64,000 nucleotides of DNA from Ramazzottius varieornatus (lineage: Eukaryota > Animalia > Tardigrada): assembly GCA_001949185.1 (NCBI GenBank), contig BDGG01000001.1:1360263-1424262 (forward strand). The letters run 5' to 3'. Below are positions 1-13,728 of this stretch, piece after piece. Made by a program: the position numbers and the translations under genes. Positions within the stretch are counted from its first letter, which is position 1. Each line of letters begins with the position of its first letter. The notes under the pieces were generated by a model. It worked only from the letters and a program-made list of their open reading frames with translations, did no database searches and was not told the origin of the DNA.

Positions 1-3000
1 GTACAGATCGAGGGGTGAGGTTCCGTTTTCGTAGGTGGCGTTGTACAGTTTCATGGATTGCTCGGCAAGCTTCTGTCCCAGCAGGTGGTATTGTCCGTCC
101 GCAATTTTCGTGGTGATCACGATGACGGTATGATACATTAGCGGATCCTTTCCCAGAGAAAGTCAGCCCATAAACAGATCGAGACTGGTGACCGGATAAA
201 AATCAGCCATTCTTACCTTAGGCGGGGGGTGATCGAACCATTCCACGTGACCATAGAGATTTGATTGGACTGATTGTACTACGACGAACGCCTGCAAAAG
301 CGTAGTCTTGTCAATAGCATGCATGTGCAGGATCGAGCTGGGGAGCTTACGTAATCTTGGCAGGATATATTTAGACTTCTTCCATTCCTCTGCAATAATG
401 CTCTTTACGGGATATTTTAGGGCTTTTCGTAACATTTATAGTATTTTATACAATCAGCTTACCAATACTCTTAGCGCCGTTTTCGTGTCGGACAAGATGA
501 AAATCACTGTAATGGCAACATACTGTAAGGAATTGCTTTGTTCGCTTACTTCGATAGCCCGATCGTGGCAGTTCTTTACGAAGACCCTTTATCACGAAGC
601 AAATTGAAAGTGGACGGATGGGGAACCGGACCCCAGCATGCTGCTTACATGGCGAGCACTCGCACCAATGGGCCATGCAAGCTATGAACTGCTTCGTGAC
701 TATTCTTACCTAGGCCCCTTTGCGTACTAAGTAAATCAGTCCTTACACACCTTTGGGCGAGGTCAGTCCGGAGTATTCGGGGACAAGTGCACGTACACAT
801 GTGGGTGGTTACTAAAAGTTCATATTGCATAAGCGATATGCTTACCTCTACTCCTAGCCTGCGCGCTCTGTAAGCTTCCGGAGATAGTAGCTTCGTCAGA
901 ACCATCAAAGTTTAGTATCGCGACTGAGTAAGGCCAGCTACTGCTGGATAAGCTAGCTGCCAATATTTCATTTGCCAACAACCGGTAGAAATCTGTCGAC
1001 ACTACGGAGTGGTCCAGTAAAAGCGACACGTGGTGCCAGTCAAAATTTTGTGTCAGTTTCAAGGCCGCTTGCCCAAAGCTCTTGTACGTTCCCACCATGG
1101 GAACTGCAGTTGGTGCTACTCGGTCGTTGAAGGTTTCTGCCGGCGCTACCGCCCTAAAAACTTCACAGGTGAAACAGTGTACACAGGTTAACCGTCGTAA
1201 TTTGCCAGTACTCACGATGAGAATAAGAGAACATCCCAGCCTAGAAATTCACAGCGTCATAACATTCTGTATCGAGTACGGCCGGGAGACACGATTCACC
1301 TGCCGCAAGAAGTGGAGAAACGATTTGCCCACCGCAGCCTGGAAGGACAGCATTGAATCCCCGCGATCAACTCTCAACACTCGATCGCTTAATTGGCATA
1401 TTAGGAGGGGGGAAGGGGGGGTCAAAGTTAAATTCCACCGACGGTGAGCTTTCGCCCGACGTTTTATACCGATCCGCCCCTCCTTTCCAATGAGCCAGTC
1501 AAAAGTCCTCCTTAACTCGGTGGGCTTAACCATCTTTGAGAGGGGTAGCAGTCGCTCCGGTTATTGCCTCAAAATTTTACGGCACTCTTGATATTTCCTG
1601 CTGACGTACAGTAGCCTTTGATCAATATCTGGTCCGTTTTTCTATTTTGTATAAAAAAGCCTCAGGTCAGTGAACGTGTAACCGCTCTGCGGAGATTCGA
1701 AGAAGACATCTTACTTTTACGCCAAAGAGCGGAACACTCGTCGTCCTCCAATATGACAAAAGCAGCGATTCAGACCCATCTGAAACTCAAGACGGAAAAC
1801 CCGAGCATAAGGAGCTGAAGCAACTTATGATTTCGGGACAGCTAATTACCGAAGGAAAGCACAGAGAAAATTCCTAAAAGAACTGGTGCTTCACGAATTC
1901 GGCTTTGTAACTCCACGGCACGAATAAAGAAAAGTTTGTTTATATGCACTGGAAAGCGAAATTGAAGTTCGAGTGCTAACTTCCTGTATTTGCAAGACAT
2001 TTGTTTTGGTAAACGGAACATCGAGTTGATTGTTCTAATGAAACAGAAAAGTCAAAGGCGGAAACTTCGCTTGATTGCTTCAATGACTGGAGTATCGTGA
2101 GAAAAGACAAAAGGAAAGTGTGCAAATCGACAGTTAAACACGCTTTTTAAGCGATTCGCTCACTTTCCTTTTTCCTCTTTCTGAAGAGGAACCGTAAGCC
2201 ACTGGTTCAGCAGCTCCTGCGCGTTGATGTTGGCCCAGCGGAACTTGGTGTTTTTCGACTTGCTGTTTCTCTCGCCATCGTTTCCTGTAGCCACGGGTCA
2301 TTTTTTCACTTTTTTTGCAGCTTTCTTCAGTATTAAAGGCTGTTCGTTAGTGATCATGCTGGACAATAAAAGATAATCTGTGCGTATCCGAAATCAGTTT
2401 TCAGAATGGTTGCCAGATAAAAAGGGCAGAAAATTAACAGATGGGACGCCTGCCAATATTTGTGGTCGGTGAAATTTAGACCAGCCTCCGCAGTAGGTTT
2501 ATGTTTCACCGAAAATTCGGTGTAAAGCCGATTCGGTGGTCGAAGTCGGCCAATCGTGAGCTACAGTGGGAGGTGCTTCCGGATGTCGGTAGATTGCCAC
2601 CGACGGTGAAATTCGACCGATCTTAACTTTGACCCCCCCCCCCTTATTGAACGGGCGCGCCTGACCATAAACATACGTAACCGTTGGAGTATCACAAGTG
2701 CTTACTTGCTCCAATGACAGCGAGGCAGGCATCGGACACAGTAGCGTAGTAATACCCAGGAAGTTGGGTGGTCACTGTGCCAGTCGCGTCGTCACAAGTT
2801 GTGTCTGTCGTATTGTAGATGTACGTTAGAACAATGCGCAAATGCGGAAAGTATTTGCGGTTGGCATATTCTGCCGCCATCTCCAAAGCTGGTCCGGTGT
2901 AACGGAGGGACGATCCAATAGCTACATTCTTTGGCAATACACTTACGATCTCCGCAGTAAAAGTTGCCGCCGTTTCTCCAGTGACAGAAGGTAGGCAGTA

Positions 3001-3036
3001 TAACATCGAGATAACAGCCAATTTGAATCGCCGCAT
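1..3036 (-). CDS. ANF-receptor (natriuretic peptide receptor / receptor guanylate cyclase-type) ectodomain gene, multi-exon, 3' end beyond the window
   Basis: ATG 3036 with signal peptide MRRFKLAVISMLYCLPSVTG. Exon 1 (GPALEMAAEY...CLAVIGA) ends at a GTAAG donor at 2705. Micro-exons GCGGQIVSPLLAA and WDVLLFSS lie at ~1213-1345. The next exon has FGQAALKLTQNFDWHHVSLLLD, matching the family F.W..V.ll.D motif. Further exons are open to position 1. Confidence 0.8.
520..680 (-). mobile_element. tRNA-derived SINE-like repeat, copy 1 (intronic)
   Basis: Minus strand has an A-box-like TGGCCCATTGG (675-665) and a degenerate B-box GGTTCCCCATCC. About 150 bp is similar to 43120-43275. The 3' boundary is approximate. 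Confidence 0.55.
1404..2643. mobile_element. Non-autonomous TIR element, PIF/Harbinger-like, in intron 1 of the ANF-receptor gene
   Basis: Inverted ends G(n)GTCAAAGTTAA ... TTAACTTTGAC(n). Flanked by TTA at 1401-1403 and 2644-2646, a 3-bp TWA target duplication. No transposase ORF. Confidence 0.7.
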
Positions 3037-3912
3037 GGCTAAAGATCCGACCGAAAGGCTGAAGTTGCCGACAGAGACCAACAATCATCGCTCGGTTAAC
3101 TAAATAGCATTAAATTTCGAGCAGGTCGTTTTCTTCTCATAGCTGGCATAACATCAAAGCACGATAAACAATACTAGTGTTTCCCATCACCGGTTTTCAT
3201 GTGGTGGGCAGTGGAGGTGCAGTAGCATTAAGCACGGTCAGGGAATTGTTCCCACGAGCGTATTAACGCGTCGATCGTCAGATGCCACCGAAGCCACTCC
3301 CCACGAGATGTTTGTGCTGCTCACCCACATAGCGTGGAGATCTGAGTAATCTGTCATGCCCTGATGTGCGGACGATAATGCGATACCCCAATGTGGGCAG
3401 AGCCGAATTGTTTTCAAGATAATCTCAGTCCTTTCAGGCCATTTTGCGACATAATCCAATTAATGTTCTCGGCTTACATGGGACCTCAAACTGATACGTG
3501 ATAATTTGGCATTTACTGGGAAACGTAGAACGTAGTCCGTGCACTCAGCAGTACGCAAATGTGTAAATACACAAAACAACCCCTCGACAACAGGAGAAAC
3601 ACAAAGAAAAGAGGTGAAGCGGGCGGAAATATCGAGATAGCTTCTTGTGGCGAAGGCGCGAGAAGACTAAATTGACACCACGCGAAACGTCCGATCTCAT
3701 AGAACATTCAAGGCAAACATCGACTCATGTACAGCATGAGCGAAGAAGAAGTGTGCAAAGTATCAAACGGGGTAGACAAAGCTTCGCCGGAAGAATGAAG
3801 TCCATAGGCGTGGACAACGGTCAAGGCATGTATGCCAAGAACGTTAACGCCAATTACTGCTTGGTTTTCAATTTAACACGTATGCTTCCGAACAGTACTG
3901 GTGAAGTGCTTA

Positions 3913-4426
3913 CCAGGGGATTCCGCCGACCATTAAGTCCTGATGCTCGAACTGACTCCGCACGAAGATAGAGGAGAGTCAAGCGCACAATCTGAGCTAT
4001 AGAACTAGGGCGCGAAAAAAATCCTGGAAGGTACTGCGGAACCCAGAAGTTACGGATCCCAGACGCTGCAGTGACGTAAGGATCCTTGATTGAGAGTTTT
4101 GATCAGGCAATCTGCCCGATCAGATGATGTGCAACGGTTGTAACGATGGCGTGCTATGATGCGCTGTTAACGGGTTTTGGTACACCGTTCTGTCGCACGA
4201 TTTCAAGCAGCTGATCGGCCGATGCGCTTGCACTCAATCAAACCTCTCAATCAAGGATCCTTGCGTCACTGCAGCGTTTTGCAGCCGTAACTTCCGGTTC
4301 CCGCAGTACCTTCCAAGATTTTTTTACGCCCTAGGTCTATAGCTCAAATTGTGCGCCAGACTCTTATCTATCTTCGTGTGAAGTCGATTTGAGCATCAGG
4401 ATTTAACGGTTGGCGGAATCCCCTTG
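3913..4426. mobile_element. Fold-back MITE with ~200-bp imperfect arms, Tc4/Tc5-like ends
   Basis: Arms CCAGGGGATTCCGCC... / ...GGCGGAATCCCCTTG. TTA at 3910-3912 and 4427-4429. Confidence 0.75.
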
Positions 4427-4598
4427 TTATTAATAGAGTCGCCCTGATCGATGAACGATCTCAATCCTTGAACAATCTCAGCTTCTTGCTCTCGGGATAA
4501 CAATTATGCCCTGTTCCCGGTACACAGCCCAAGGCCATGGGATACTCTCATCTAACGGCAATGCAATGAATGACAAAGGAAGAAATTACAAATTATAG

Positions 4599-7500
4599 CT
4601 AATTCAGCTGTTCCCCAACGTTATCCTTTGCAGCGTACATTGGCAAGTGCCGATTATTGCACTCCAGAAAATTCTCCATGGTCTTCTCGATATCCATGTT
4701 TATGCCAGTCACTCGCAGCCGTCTTGCAATCTCTTCCAGTGTCTGGTTGTTCGGCGAATGGGCCATCTCTTGATTCTGGAAGCTTTGAACTACTAGCTGG
4801 AGAACACTGATGTTGTTTCCATCACCCTGCAAACTCACATACTATTCCGTCCCACGCGGCGTATTTCAGATAAAAATGTACCCACTCGATCATCAAGAAG
4901 CAATCTTCGGAGTTCTCCACCCAAGGCTGGAAAGCGGTCATACAGGATACAGCTTAGCCACAGCTCTTGAAAATATTCTGTAGTACAAACATTAGCAGAT
5001 TCAAACCGAACCTCCGGTGAGAATGTTCTACTTGACGTTGAGAAAACCTTACCGAAGAAACTGCTGATGTATCCGTCCTCAAAGCGTCTGATCAGTTCGA
5101 GCCAACCTTCGTGCATGCCGTGTATCGTCATCAAGGTATCAACAGGCGGCGCAAACTGCGTCACGCAGACGATTTGGTCGATGAGGTACAGCTTGTCGAG
5201 ATAGATCTCGCAGAGATTTCCATCGGCGATGCACCCAGTACTTATCAACCTTCGATCGTCCATCCGCAACTTACTTTTCTTATCGGGTTCTGAACTGGAC
5301 GTCATCGTAGCTGTACCTGCTATCGGATTCGGCGGCGAACCTACAACCAGACAGCGCATACTTGATTGTTCGGTTGGCTAACCTACGTAACAGTCTTCCT
5401 AGGGGTGGGAGAACTTACGGATGTTACAGTAGTACCAGCCGAAAGGAAGCGCAATGTTATCCACGACAGGCTTTCGAAACTGCGGTAACTTCGGATAAGC
5501 AGTTATGTCCTTATGGACTACCGCCTTCTCCTCGGGTTTTTTGGCGTCCAGCAGGAACATTTCAGGACAGAGATTTTTGAGTAACTCCATCGACACCGCG
5601 TCTCCAATTTCTCGTGAGTTGACATCGTTGAATTCAAAATTACTAACGAAGTGTCGCCTGGAGAACTTACACCAACTGCCCGCTGCCATGATACGTGGTC
5701 GATAAGCATAGAACTGTTCGTCCACCACCACCTTCTTATCCAAAATCAAATGAGCCGAGTTGAGAAACGACTGAGTATAAGGATTCATCTGCCGATCAGA
5801 GTAGTTGAAGAACGCTTGCACTTGGTAAGTCTTAAACGTGGCTTCGTCCGTCCAGAACGTGACGGTTTCGATGACGTCTCCACCACGTCCTTCGTTATGG
5901 GCTACAGCAATCCATTCCATGATGACGACCACACCTTGACTGAACATCTCACTCTTGACCCACCTCTCCAGGTCCATCGAACTGAAGACTGTCGCTGACT
6001 CAGGGTAAGCTGGTGCTGGGTTAACGAAGAGGATCTCATCGGATGCCACGCCCCGTTTGAGTAACGAGGCTACACCACCGTAAGCTTCCAACGCGTTACC
6101 ATACACCACGAAATATCCCTTGCTTGACGGATCGCTCAGCAGAGCTTGAACGTCCTTCACAACGGCGTCCACTTCGAAAGCATTGTTCATCACGAAGTAA
6201 TTATTCAGCGGACTCTTCATCTGCATTCTTCTCTGCGGCTTGTTTGGAATATTTTCGTTGAGGAGGGTGGAGATATAGTCGGTGTCGACGTTGATGTTGA
6301 AGGACAGAAACTGCGTGCCGGTACCGATGACCATCCAGTCGAAGGGTATGCGCGTCTTTGCGTTGACATGCAACAACCTGTTTTCCTTGTCCATCGTCAC
6401 AGCTCGACCATAGACAATCTGACACTGTGTGGGGACGGCCAACTGGCAGAGTTCGCGAGCAGTGAAAAGTTCCCGGGCAGAGCGGTAACCGTTGGCTGCC
6501 ACCTTGTCAAGAAAGTCGATGATAGGGACACCGTGGGGGTCGATGAGGAGAATATTTGTGAAGCTGACGTGGGGGAAGAGTGACAAGTTTCGGAGGACTT
6601 GGAGAGACATGTCGGATGCGCCGATAATAACGATACGGTCTAGGATGTCTTCACGAAGGTCGTAGAGTGTTCGGCGGTTCGTGTGGAATAATGCGAAGGG
6701 TGGCTGAACGTCGCGCGCTTGAGAAGTTGGTAACATAAGCCAGTCAGATTCGTCTCCTGCAAACCAACAGCAATGGTAAAACAGAGAATAAGTTTGATTC
6801 TTAGAATGTTAAATCTATTCACCTGATTCGTTGTACTTGAGCACAGGGTAACGTGGTCGGACCAGCTGCAAGTTTTCCAGACAGCACACAAAGCTATCGT
6901 TACGTTCTTCTTGCTGGTCCAACGGGTAGAACCGGTAAAAGTAACTGCTTGCATTATGGATGCGCAGCAGTTCCTTCAGGATGAATTGGTTGAAGGAATT
7001 GACGAGGGGGGTGATGACGTAGTGGAATATTCTCAGATGGCCTTGTTCGCGGTGTTGCGGGATGTACATGAAGTCGTCAATGTTGTACTGAGCTTGAAGG
7101 TAGTCCAGGTTGGTTTCTTGACCAAAAATTACGAAGCCGATAATGGTACCAGCAATGCGGAAGACAGTGGTGTGGAGTTGTGAAGCTTGACGGCTGGTGC
7201 GATAGTGTGTACTGTCGATGAAAGCGTCCAGTAGCGCTTTATGATTGGCTTTTCCTACAACAGATTCTTGAACGGTCAGGCTTGTTCCACTTTAACACAA
7301 CTGGTGTATTAGGAACCGTACCTTGAAGGAAATGTTGGATGACTGGGATGTCAGCTGGTGAGCCGGGTATCAGTTCGACGTCATCGTGGCGAAGTAGAGC
7401 GATGCGGTGGAGTGCGTACAGGTTCTCGTGGAGGAAGTGGCCTTCGCGCATGGCCACACGAACCATCTTCCGGAGGAGAAGGCTTGTGCGACTGGCTGTC

Positions 7501-10500
7501 GGGATTTCGGTGATGAGGTAGTCATAGCCGGGAAGTACACGAAAACATTGGATGAGAATGTAGTCGAGGTGGGTTGAGTACACTGGCTCCAGATGGAACA
7601 GCAATAAATACATTGCGTTCTTTTCGTCGCTTGCCCTTAAGAATAACATCAGTTTTTGATTAACATCACGAAAACTTCACATGCGCGAAGGGAAAGTCTG
7701 GGCCAGTAAAAGGTGTGGTCAGGCGACCGACACAGCGAAACGGAAGTACGCCCGTACGTGTGTAACTCACACCAGTGTATTTCTCAACATTTTTCTATGG
7801 TTGAGTTTAAAGTTTGTCGTCTTTTCCGTATGATCCAAACTTTTTACTGGTCCAAACTGTCCCTTCACGCGTATAGCTTCGATTCGGTTGTATGGAACAA
7901 TCGACGTAGCGTTAAATTTCGAACACTGCTAAAAGATACGTTGCCTTTATACGTAAGCCAAACCGATGCCCATATTCCGACATTTTTCTACGGTTTCAGT
8001 TTCTAGTTGATGCGCGGATTCAGTCATCCGAGATACAACAGCTTGACAACTTACGGTTTGTAAGCGAACTCGTGGGCGCGGCCCAATATTGGATTTTGGA
8101 AGAAGCGGTCGTTTCGTTTCTGAAACTTTCTGGTTCGAGGGTCTTGTTGAAGACTGGCAATATCTGGCAAGGGTACCTGGACCAGATCGTCGAAACTGCC
8201 GAACATGGGTTCGGTGGCCACGGCGTGCAAGCCGTACTCCTCTCGCAGTTCCCTTTCTAACAGCTGGTCCGGCCCCATGACATCAGGAGGGGGCGGCGGT
8301 TTCTTTCGAGGTACGGGTCCTGTGTCATCACCAACAGGCTCCTCACTGCCATCTTCCGGCCTCTTGATTCCGAAGTTGAGGTTGTTCATGGTTTCGTCCA
8401 ATCCAAATGCCAGTTCGGACATTCTGGCTGTTGTCGAATGGGTTTTGCGAAGGACGCTAGCTTGCGATTCGCTCAGCCTGCTTTTGTGCTCTTCTCCCAC
8501 CGGCTGGTCATTCAGCGGCGGACTGACCGGACAAGGCTCGTCTATCATGGAACGATCCGAAGCACCACACAGTCCTTCGATGTTCGTCCGACAAAGCTGA
8601 AACGCCGCAGGTAATCTTGCGGTCGACTCAATCTTGACTTGTATCGGTTCTTGCGTCAGCTTGAAATGTCTGGGTTTTATACTCAGCATCATTCTGCAAA
8701 AGGCTTCTTCGTCTTCGCTTACTTCTGCGTGCCCTTCACTCAAGGCATCGATTAAAGCTTGCAAAGTGCCGACTGTTTCTGGTTTCAGTGGTTGTAGCTT
8801 GTCTTCTTCTGTCAGACTAACTTTAACAGCAATGGTTTCTAGCTCGTCAATCAAGCGCTCGATGGAAGCTCTCGTTGCATCGCTGACGATTGACAGGCGC
8901 GAAGGACCCACATCCTCAGTTTCATGGAGTTCGATGATTTTGACACTGTTGGTTTCCAGCGTGTTGACCAAGTCTTTTACAGCTGTGTGAAACACGCCTT
9001 CGTCAAGGTGGTTTTCAGATTTGTATGTCTCGCTGACACGGCGCAGACTGACATCGAGGCTTTCCAAGTAACCGTTGATCAAGCTGCGTCTTTTGTCGAT
9101 AACGTTAAAGTTCAAAAATGAACCATCGTGAGAACCAGTTTTGCGTTGCAACAGTATTGCGGAAATTTGCGGCGAGTCGGTCCGATCAGATGCAGACGAC
9201 GCGCGGTTGGAATTGGACGTACCGATCGGGGCGTACAATTCACTGACGAGGCTTCTCGCGTTCTGTAAAAACATGGCGGCTGACGACCGTCGTGTTGATG
9301 TGCCGTTGATGAGGTCGTCGATACTGTCGACCGGCATCAAAGATAGCTGACTAAAGTCGCTGACGTTACTTTGTCTGTTCTCCAGTGAGTCGCCTATAAT
9401 TCAAAAAATTCATCAAACCACAGAAGACTGACCAAACCGAATGTTGTACCTAGCATTTCTTGTTCGTACGGAACTGCTAACGAGCCAGAACGAATCGTTC
9501 CAGAATCTGTGACGCGAATGGTGTCCAGGTCATTGATCAAGTGTTTGACCAGCCGTTCAACGGAAGAACGATCGGAGCCAAACGAGTCTGCAGTTTTGCG
9601 ACCCGGTTCGGCAGGTGGCGTTTTCGACCTCTGCGTGGACGTTCGTTTCTGCTGGTGTGCAGTGAAGCTTTCTGCTACACCATTTGCATTGTCCGGGAAA
9701 CTCCTACTCGGGTCTTCGTCAGCATTGGTCGGTCTTTCATCGACGTCCCCGCGAGACTGGTTTGAAGCGAAACGGTCCTCACCGGTAACTTTTAGAAACT
9801 GGTGAAAGATGGTTGTTTGGTAGTGCTCGTCAAGGAAGTCCCAATCAACGTGCGCGGACGTCACACTGAAGAAGCCACACAATTTTCCGTCCTCATCCTA
9901 ACAAACCGGGAAAGAAATGAGACATCACATGCGATACACCAAACGTGTAACAGGTCGTTGGAGTTTTTTTAAACGATCACTTACGAAGCGAGAAGTACCT
10001 CGATGACGCAACACCTCGTATCGTCGCTCGACTGCGAATTCTTCACAACTTTCTCCAACCAGTCTTCTGCCAGTTCCACCTTGAACTTATCATGCAGCCG
10101 GCCAAAATATGGTAGCACCTTCGGTACGTCAGTCACCTCCGCTTTCCTCACCACCAGATCAGGATAGATGTAATTCTTTTTGCAGACCGACAGGACAATA
10201 TTGTCCATCCCTTCCGTCTCAAACTCTATCCAAGCGGGGAAGCACTTGTCGTACACTGTATCGGGTTGACCGACGGTCAATAGTAGGCAATAATCCAGTT
10301 CGGGTACCACTGTAAAGAGAACCTTGAGGGCTTCGTGTAGGACGCTCTGGGTTGTTCGAGGTTCGGATATGAGAGACGTGAGGAAGAAGGCGTTGGCTGG
10401 TGAAAAGTAACTGTCGGGTAAGGATTGTTGGAGGAGGTCGGCCCAGTTTGGGGCGTATGGCAGTATCCTCGTGGGAACGTCGTTGAATGAGACGTATCCG

Positions 10501-10834
10501 ACAACATGTTCGAACCGCTTAGTTTGTTCTAAAACTGTCACCGACAGGAGACTATGTTCCCTGTAACAACAAACGACGGGGGGTAATCTTCACAAACACA
10601 GTAACTGATGGATCACAATCCAGTAAAGAAAGCGAGGTAAATTGGGAATCGTCGAAAATCCATGCATCATGGCAGACAAATTTTTATGTTTACCGCGTAC
10701 AGAATTTGGTCGAGTTTCTGATCTTGAAAGGTGACTTTGTTGTTCTCCTCCACTAGTAGTGTTTGAAAAATGGGAATATCCGTATATTCGGAGCGCCGGG
10801 CTTTGAAAATACTGGTCGTATGCTTGTTTGACAT
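4599..10834 (-). CDS. CFAP61: Cilia- and flagella-associated protein 61, multi-exon
   Basis: N-terminal ARRSEYTD...VVGYVSFND.P region and VRKAEVTD repeat. Rossmann-like RIVIIGASD segment with SFTNILLIDPHG, IPFDWMVIGTGTQF and a C-terminal FLECNNRHLPMYA. This order matches the CFAP61 architecture. GT-AG introns link the ORF-track pieces. Confidence 0.9.
7713..7900 (+). repeat. Diverged dispersed repeat in a CFAP61 intron, related to 31820-32050 and ~41880-42010
   Basis: Translates TEVRPYVCNSHQC...FYW versus TEVRMYVCNSHQC...LYW at 32030 on the minus strand. Confidence 0.55.
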
Positions 10835-11266
10835 TACGCCGGTAATAGCTAGGTCAACGAGCAGTACCTGCCAGATTTTATGGTGCACGGAGGATTTTAT
10901 CTATCCCTAGCAGACGCCGAACTGCACTGTCGATGGTCAACCAATCCGCGTTACTCGGCGACAATCAGGTTGGAAACTGTTGCTTACTGTACTGTACGTA
11001 GTGACATAAGGATGAGTGACATCAGAATGGAGATCTCAGGCCTTTCGACAACAGACCCATCAAAATACAGTACATAGTACATATGCATTTTATGGCGTTT
11101 GGCGGTATGCAGTGTATTGCAAGGCAGTGACTCTTCCATTTCGTACTGTGCAGCAAAGAATATTCCAGTATTAAAAACTTTTCTACAATTATTTAATCAA
11201 TGAGCCATATATGCAAACTGGGCTACAGTATCACAGGATAATTTAAAACGTCAGAAGCGTATCAAT

Positions 11267-13098
11267 TTAGTTGGACATCATAGTCTGCAAAATCCACTCA
11301 ATAACGTAGCTGACTCGTCCGTATACACCGGGATAGTTAGCTTGCGCGCATCCTCTGCGAAGTTGAAGACAATATTAAGTTGGTCAACCATGGCATTCAA
11401 ACAGTAGGTAACGTACCGTCCAAAGGAGACGACACCACAGAGCTTCCATTTTCCTTCGGCATCCTCCTGGGCGAGTGGACCACCAGAATCGCTGTGACAG
11501 CTATCCTTGCCAGGTCGAGCGGCGCAGATCATGTCGGGTGTGATGGAGCCTGGGTATCGCGAAGAACAGTACTCCTGGGTGGTTACATCAACGTAGGCTT
11601 GCACGAGGTTGTTGACGCGAGCTGTGTCGTAGTTAGGGTCGTCATCCTTGGCCAGTAATCCCGCTTCGGCATCCTTGATGTTTTTGATGTATTCACCAAA
11701 GTTTTCCAGGGACGAAACACCGGAGCGAGCAGGCCTCACCCTTCCCCATCCGCTGACCAATGCTGTCGTGTTGGCACGACAGTCGGATTCATCGGCCAAG
11801 CATATGGCTCCTACGTGAGGTCCATATTCGAGCATCTGAAACGAGCAGGTCGGTTAGTTGTTCCGTAATTTAGCTCCTCCAACAAGGCGTCACATAACCT
11901 ACGCCATTAATTTTCAGGAGGCAGAAGTCGTTTGACTTGGACGCGGGTCGTTGATAGTTGGGATGCAAGATGAGCTTCTCCAAGGTGTATGTCTTGGCGT
12001 AAACCTCGTTGGTAGAACCCAGAACGTGAACACCAGCTCGGACTTTATAGTTGGAGGGAATGGGTGCGTACACCTTGCAACAATGGGCGGCCGGCATCAC
12101 CCATTGTGGGCTTATCTGTCACGGGGAATCGAGAATTACCTAAGGTTGCGTACATCGTCAAATCTACAGAAAAGAAAGCGTATCGTACGTCTATGAAGCC
12201 AGCGAAAATTGCGATCCAGAAGAGCTCAGCATCGCCACTTGCCAAGGAAGGGAGTGTGGGGTAGCTTCTACTCCTCCAACGATGCGGTCCAATTTACCGC
12301 TCGCTCGATCCGAAACGACACCGCGGAAACGCAGCACGCTTTTGTCCTCCTTGGGCGGGATAGCGGTGGCGCCACATTCGCCCGAACAGATTGCGCCTTT
12401 GTCCGAACCATCGGGGCAGTCAGCGCTACCGTCGCAGTATTGGTCAGGGCGGATGCAGACGCTGTCGCTTCCGGAACACAGGTTAGATCCGGCCTCAAAC
12501 TGGATCTAGAGATACAAATACTCTTGAACGGCTATTCCCGTGAGGGTTTATTTTCCGAGTGCACAGGAACCGATGTAAAGAAGATATAGTCACCTGCGAA
12601 GCTGAGTCCGAATCCGCGTTTGGTGATGGAAGAATCAGTGCGGAACACAACTTTCTGAAAGCCAAGTGGATATTAACTTATGGCGGTCTGTATCTGATGG
12701 GAATAATCATGGGTCAGAGGCAGTGGCAAAAGGTCACGTACCACTCGGGTGCTGCTGGCCACCAGTCCCTGCGGACCAGCTTCACCGCAGAACTTGCCCA
12801 GTAAAACATCGGCTCTATTAGAGTTCACTTGGAAGATGGATACGTAGTCGAAGCCGCAGCTGACACCCTCTAGCGAGAAAGCGACAGAATTGACCTCGAT
12901 AGCCAGCTTGGCAGAGTTGGGGGAGTTGACGTTCCATTGGCAGTTGGCGTTGTTGGGGTAGTCGTCGTTGCCGTAGTTGGGCGACTCGATGTAGGCCTTT
13001 TCTCCTGGAGTGACTTCGACGCTCAGAGCTCCGTTGGGGGCGCACTGGGCGCTGACGTATGCCACACAGGCCGTCAACACGAGAGACTTTAGCAACAT
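11267..13098 (-). pseudogene. Secreted CUB-LDLa-trypsin (S1A) serine protease with an apparent frameshift
   Basis: Signal MLLKSLVLTACVAYVSA, CUB domain (IESPNY...YPNNANCQW...CGFDYV...GKFCG...FRTDSSITKRGF), LDLa (CIRPDQYCDGSADCPDGSD) and activation site R/IVGG. Catalytic triad AAHC, NDFCLLK and DSGGPL, then YPGVYGRV, stop at 11267. The frame breaks just after SGSQF (~12205), where the conserved Cys should be. Confidence 0.8.
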
Positions 13099-13728
13099 GG
13101 TCAAGCCGCCGAAACGACGCCGAAGATCAGCTGGCAGGAATCAGCGGCAGTAAACTATGCCGGTAACGGTTTTATAGTACTGGGGAATACAAGTTCTCTG
13201 CTTGCCCCCTGGAGTATCTGGTACGGTAGTACCGGTACCACCAGGAAGCGACAAATGGTACAACTTGCCCGTTCTGTGCAGATGATAGTGCACAATGGGA
13301 GGTTGGAAGGACGACCGCTATCGTTACTGGAGCGGCTGGTACGTACCGGTCTGCCTGCATGTGATGGCAGATTAGTGCAATGTTATCAGGCGAATTAGCT
13401 TGGATGCTGGTACGACCTACCGCCGCCCCAGATGGTACGGTATAGCCTTGTTCTTCGGTCTTCTTGCTGCTGCATAATAGTGATTCGAAAATGCTCATTT
13501 GTCTGGAACGGAATCTTGGTTCTACTGTCTTTCCTGCTCGGGCTTTGTTTGATCGTCTTTATGTTCAGCCGAGCAACCAACTGCCGTACGGAAGAACGAA
13601 GAGGTACAAGACAAGCACAGCAGATTACTGTCACAAGAGACACGTGGACAGGATGTTAGCATGCATGGTTTCAGAAATAGCTGATGACTGAGAGTATTAA
13701 GGTTCGAACTTCGCCGAAAATTGTAAGT

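Noticed and set aside
5399-6736. FAD/NAD oxidoreductase-like ORF as a horizontally acquired bacterial gene
   Set aside because: It is the Rossmann-like region of CFAP61 and is spliced to the flanking CFAP61 exons.
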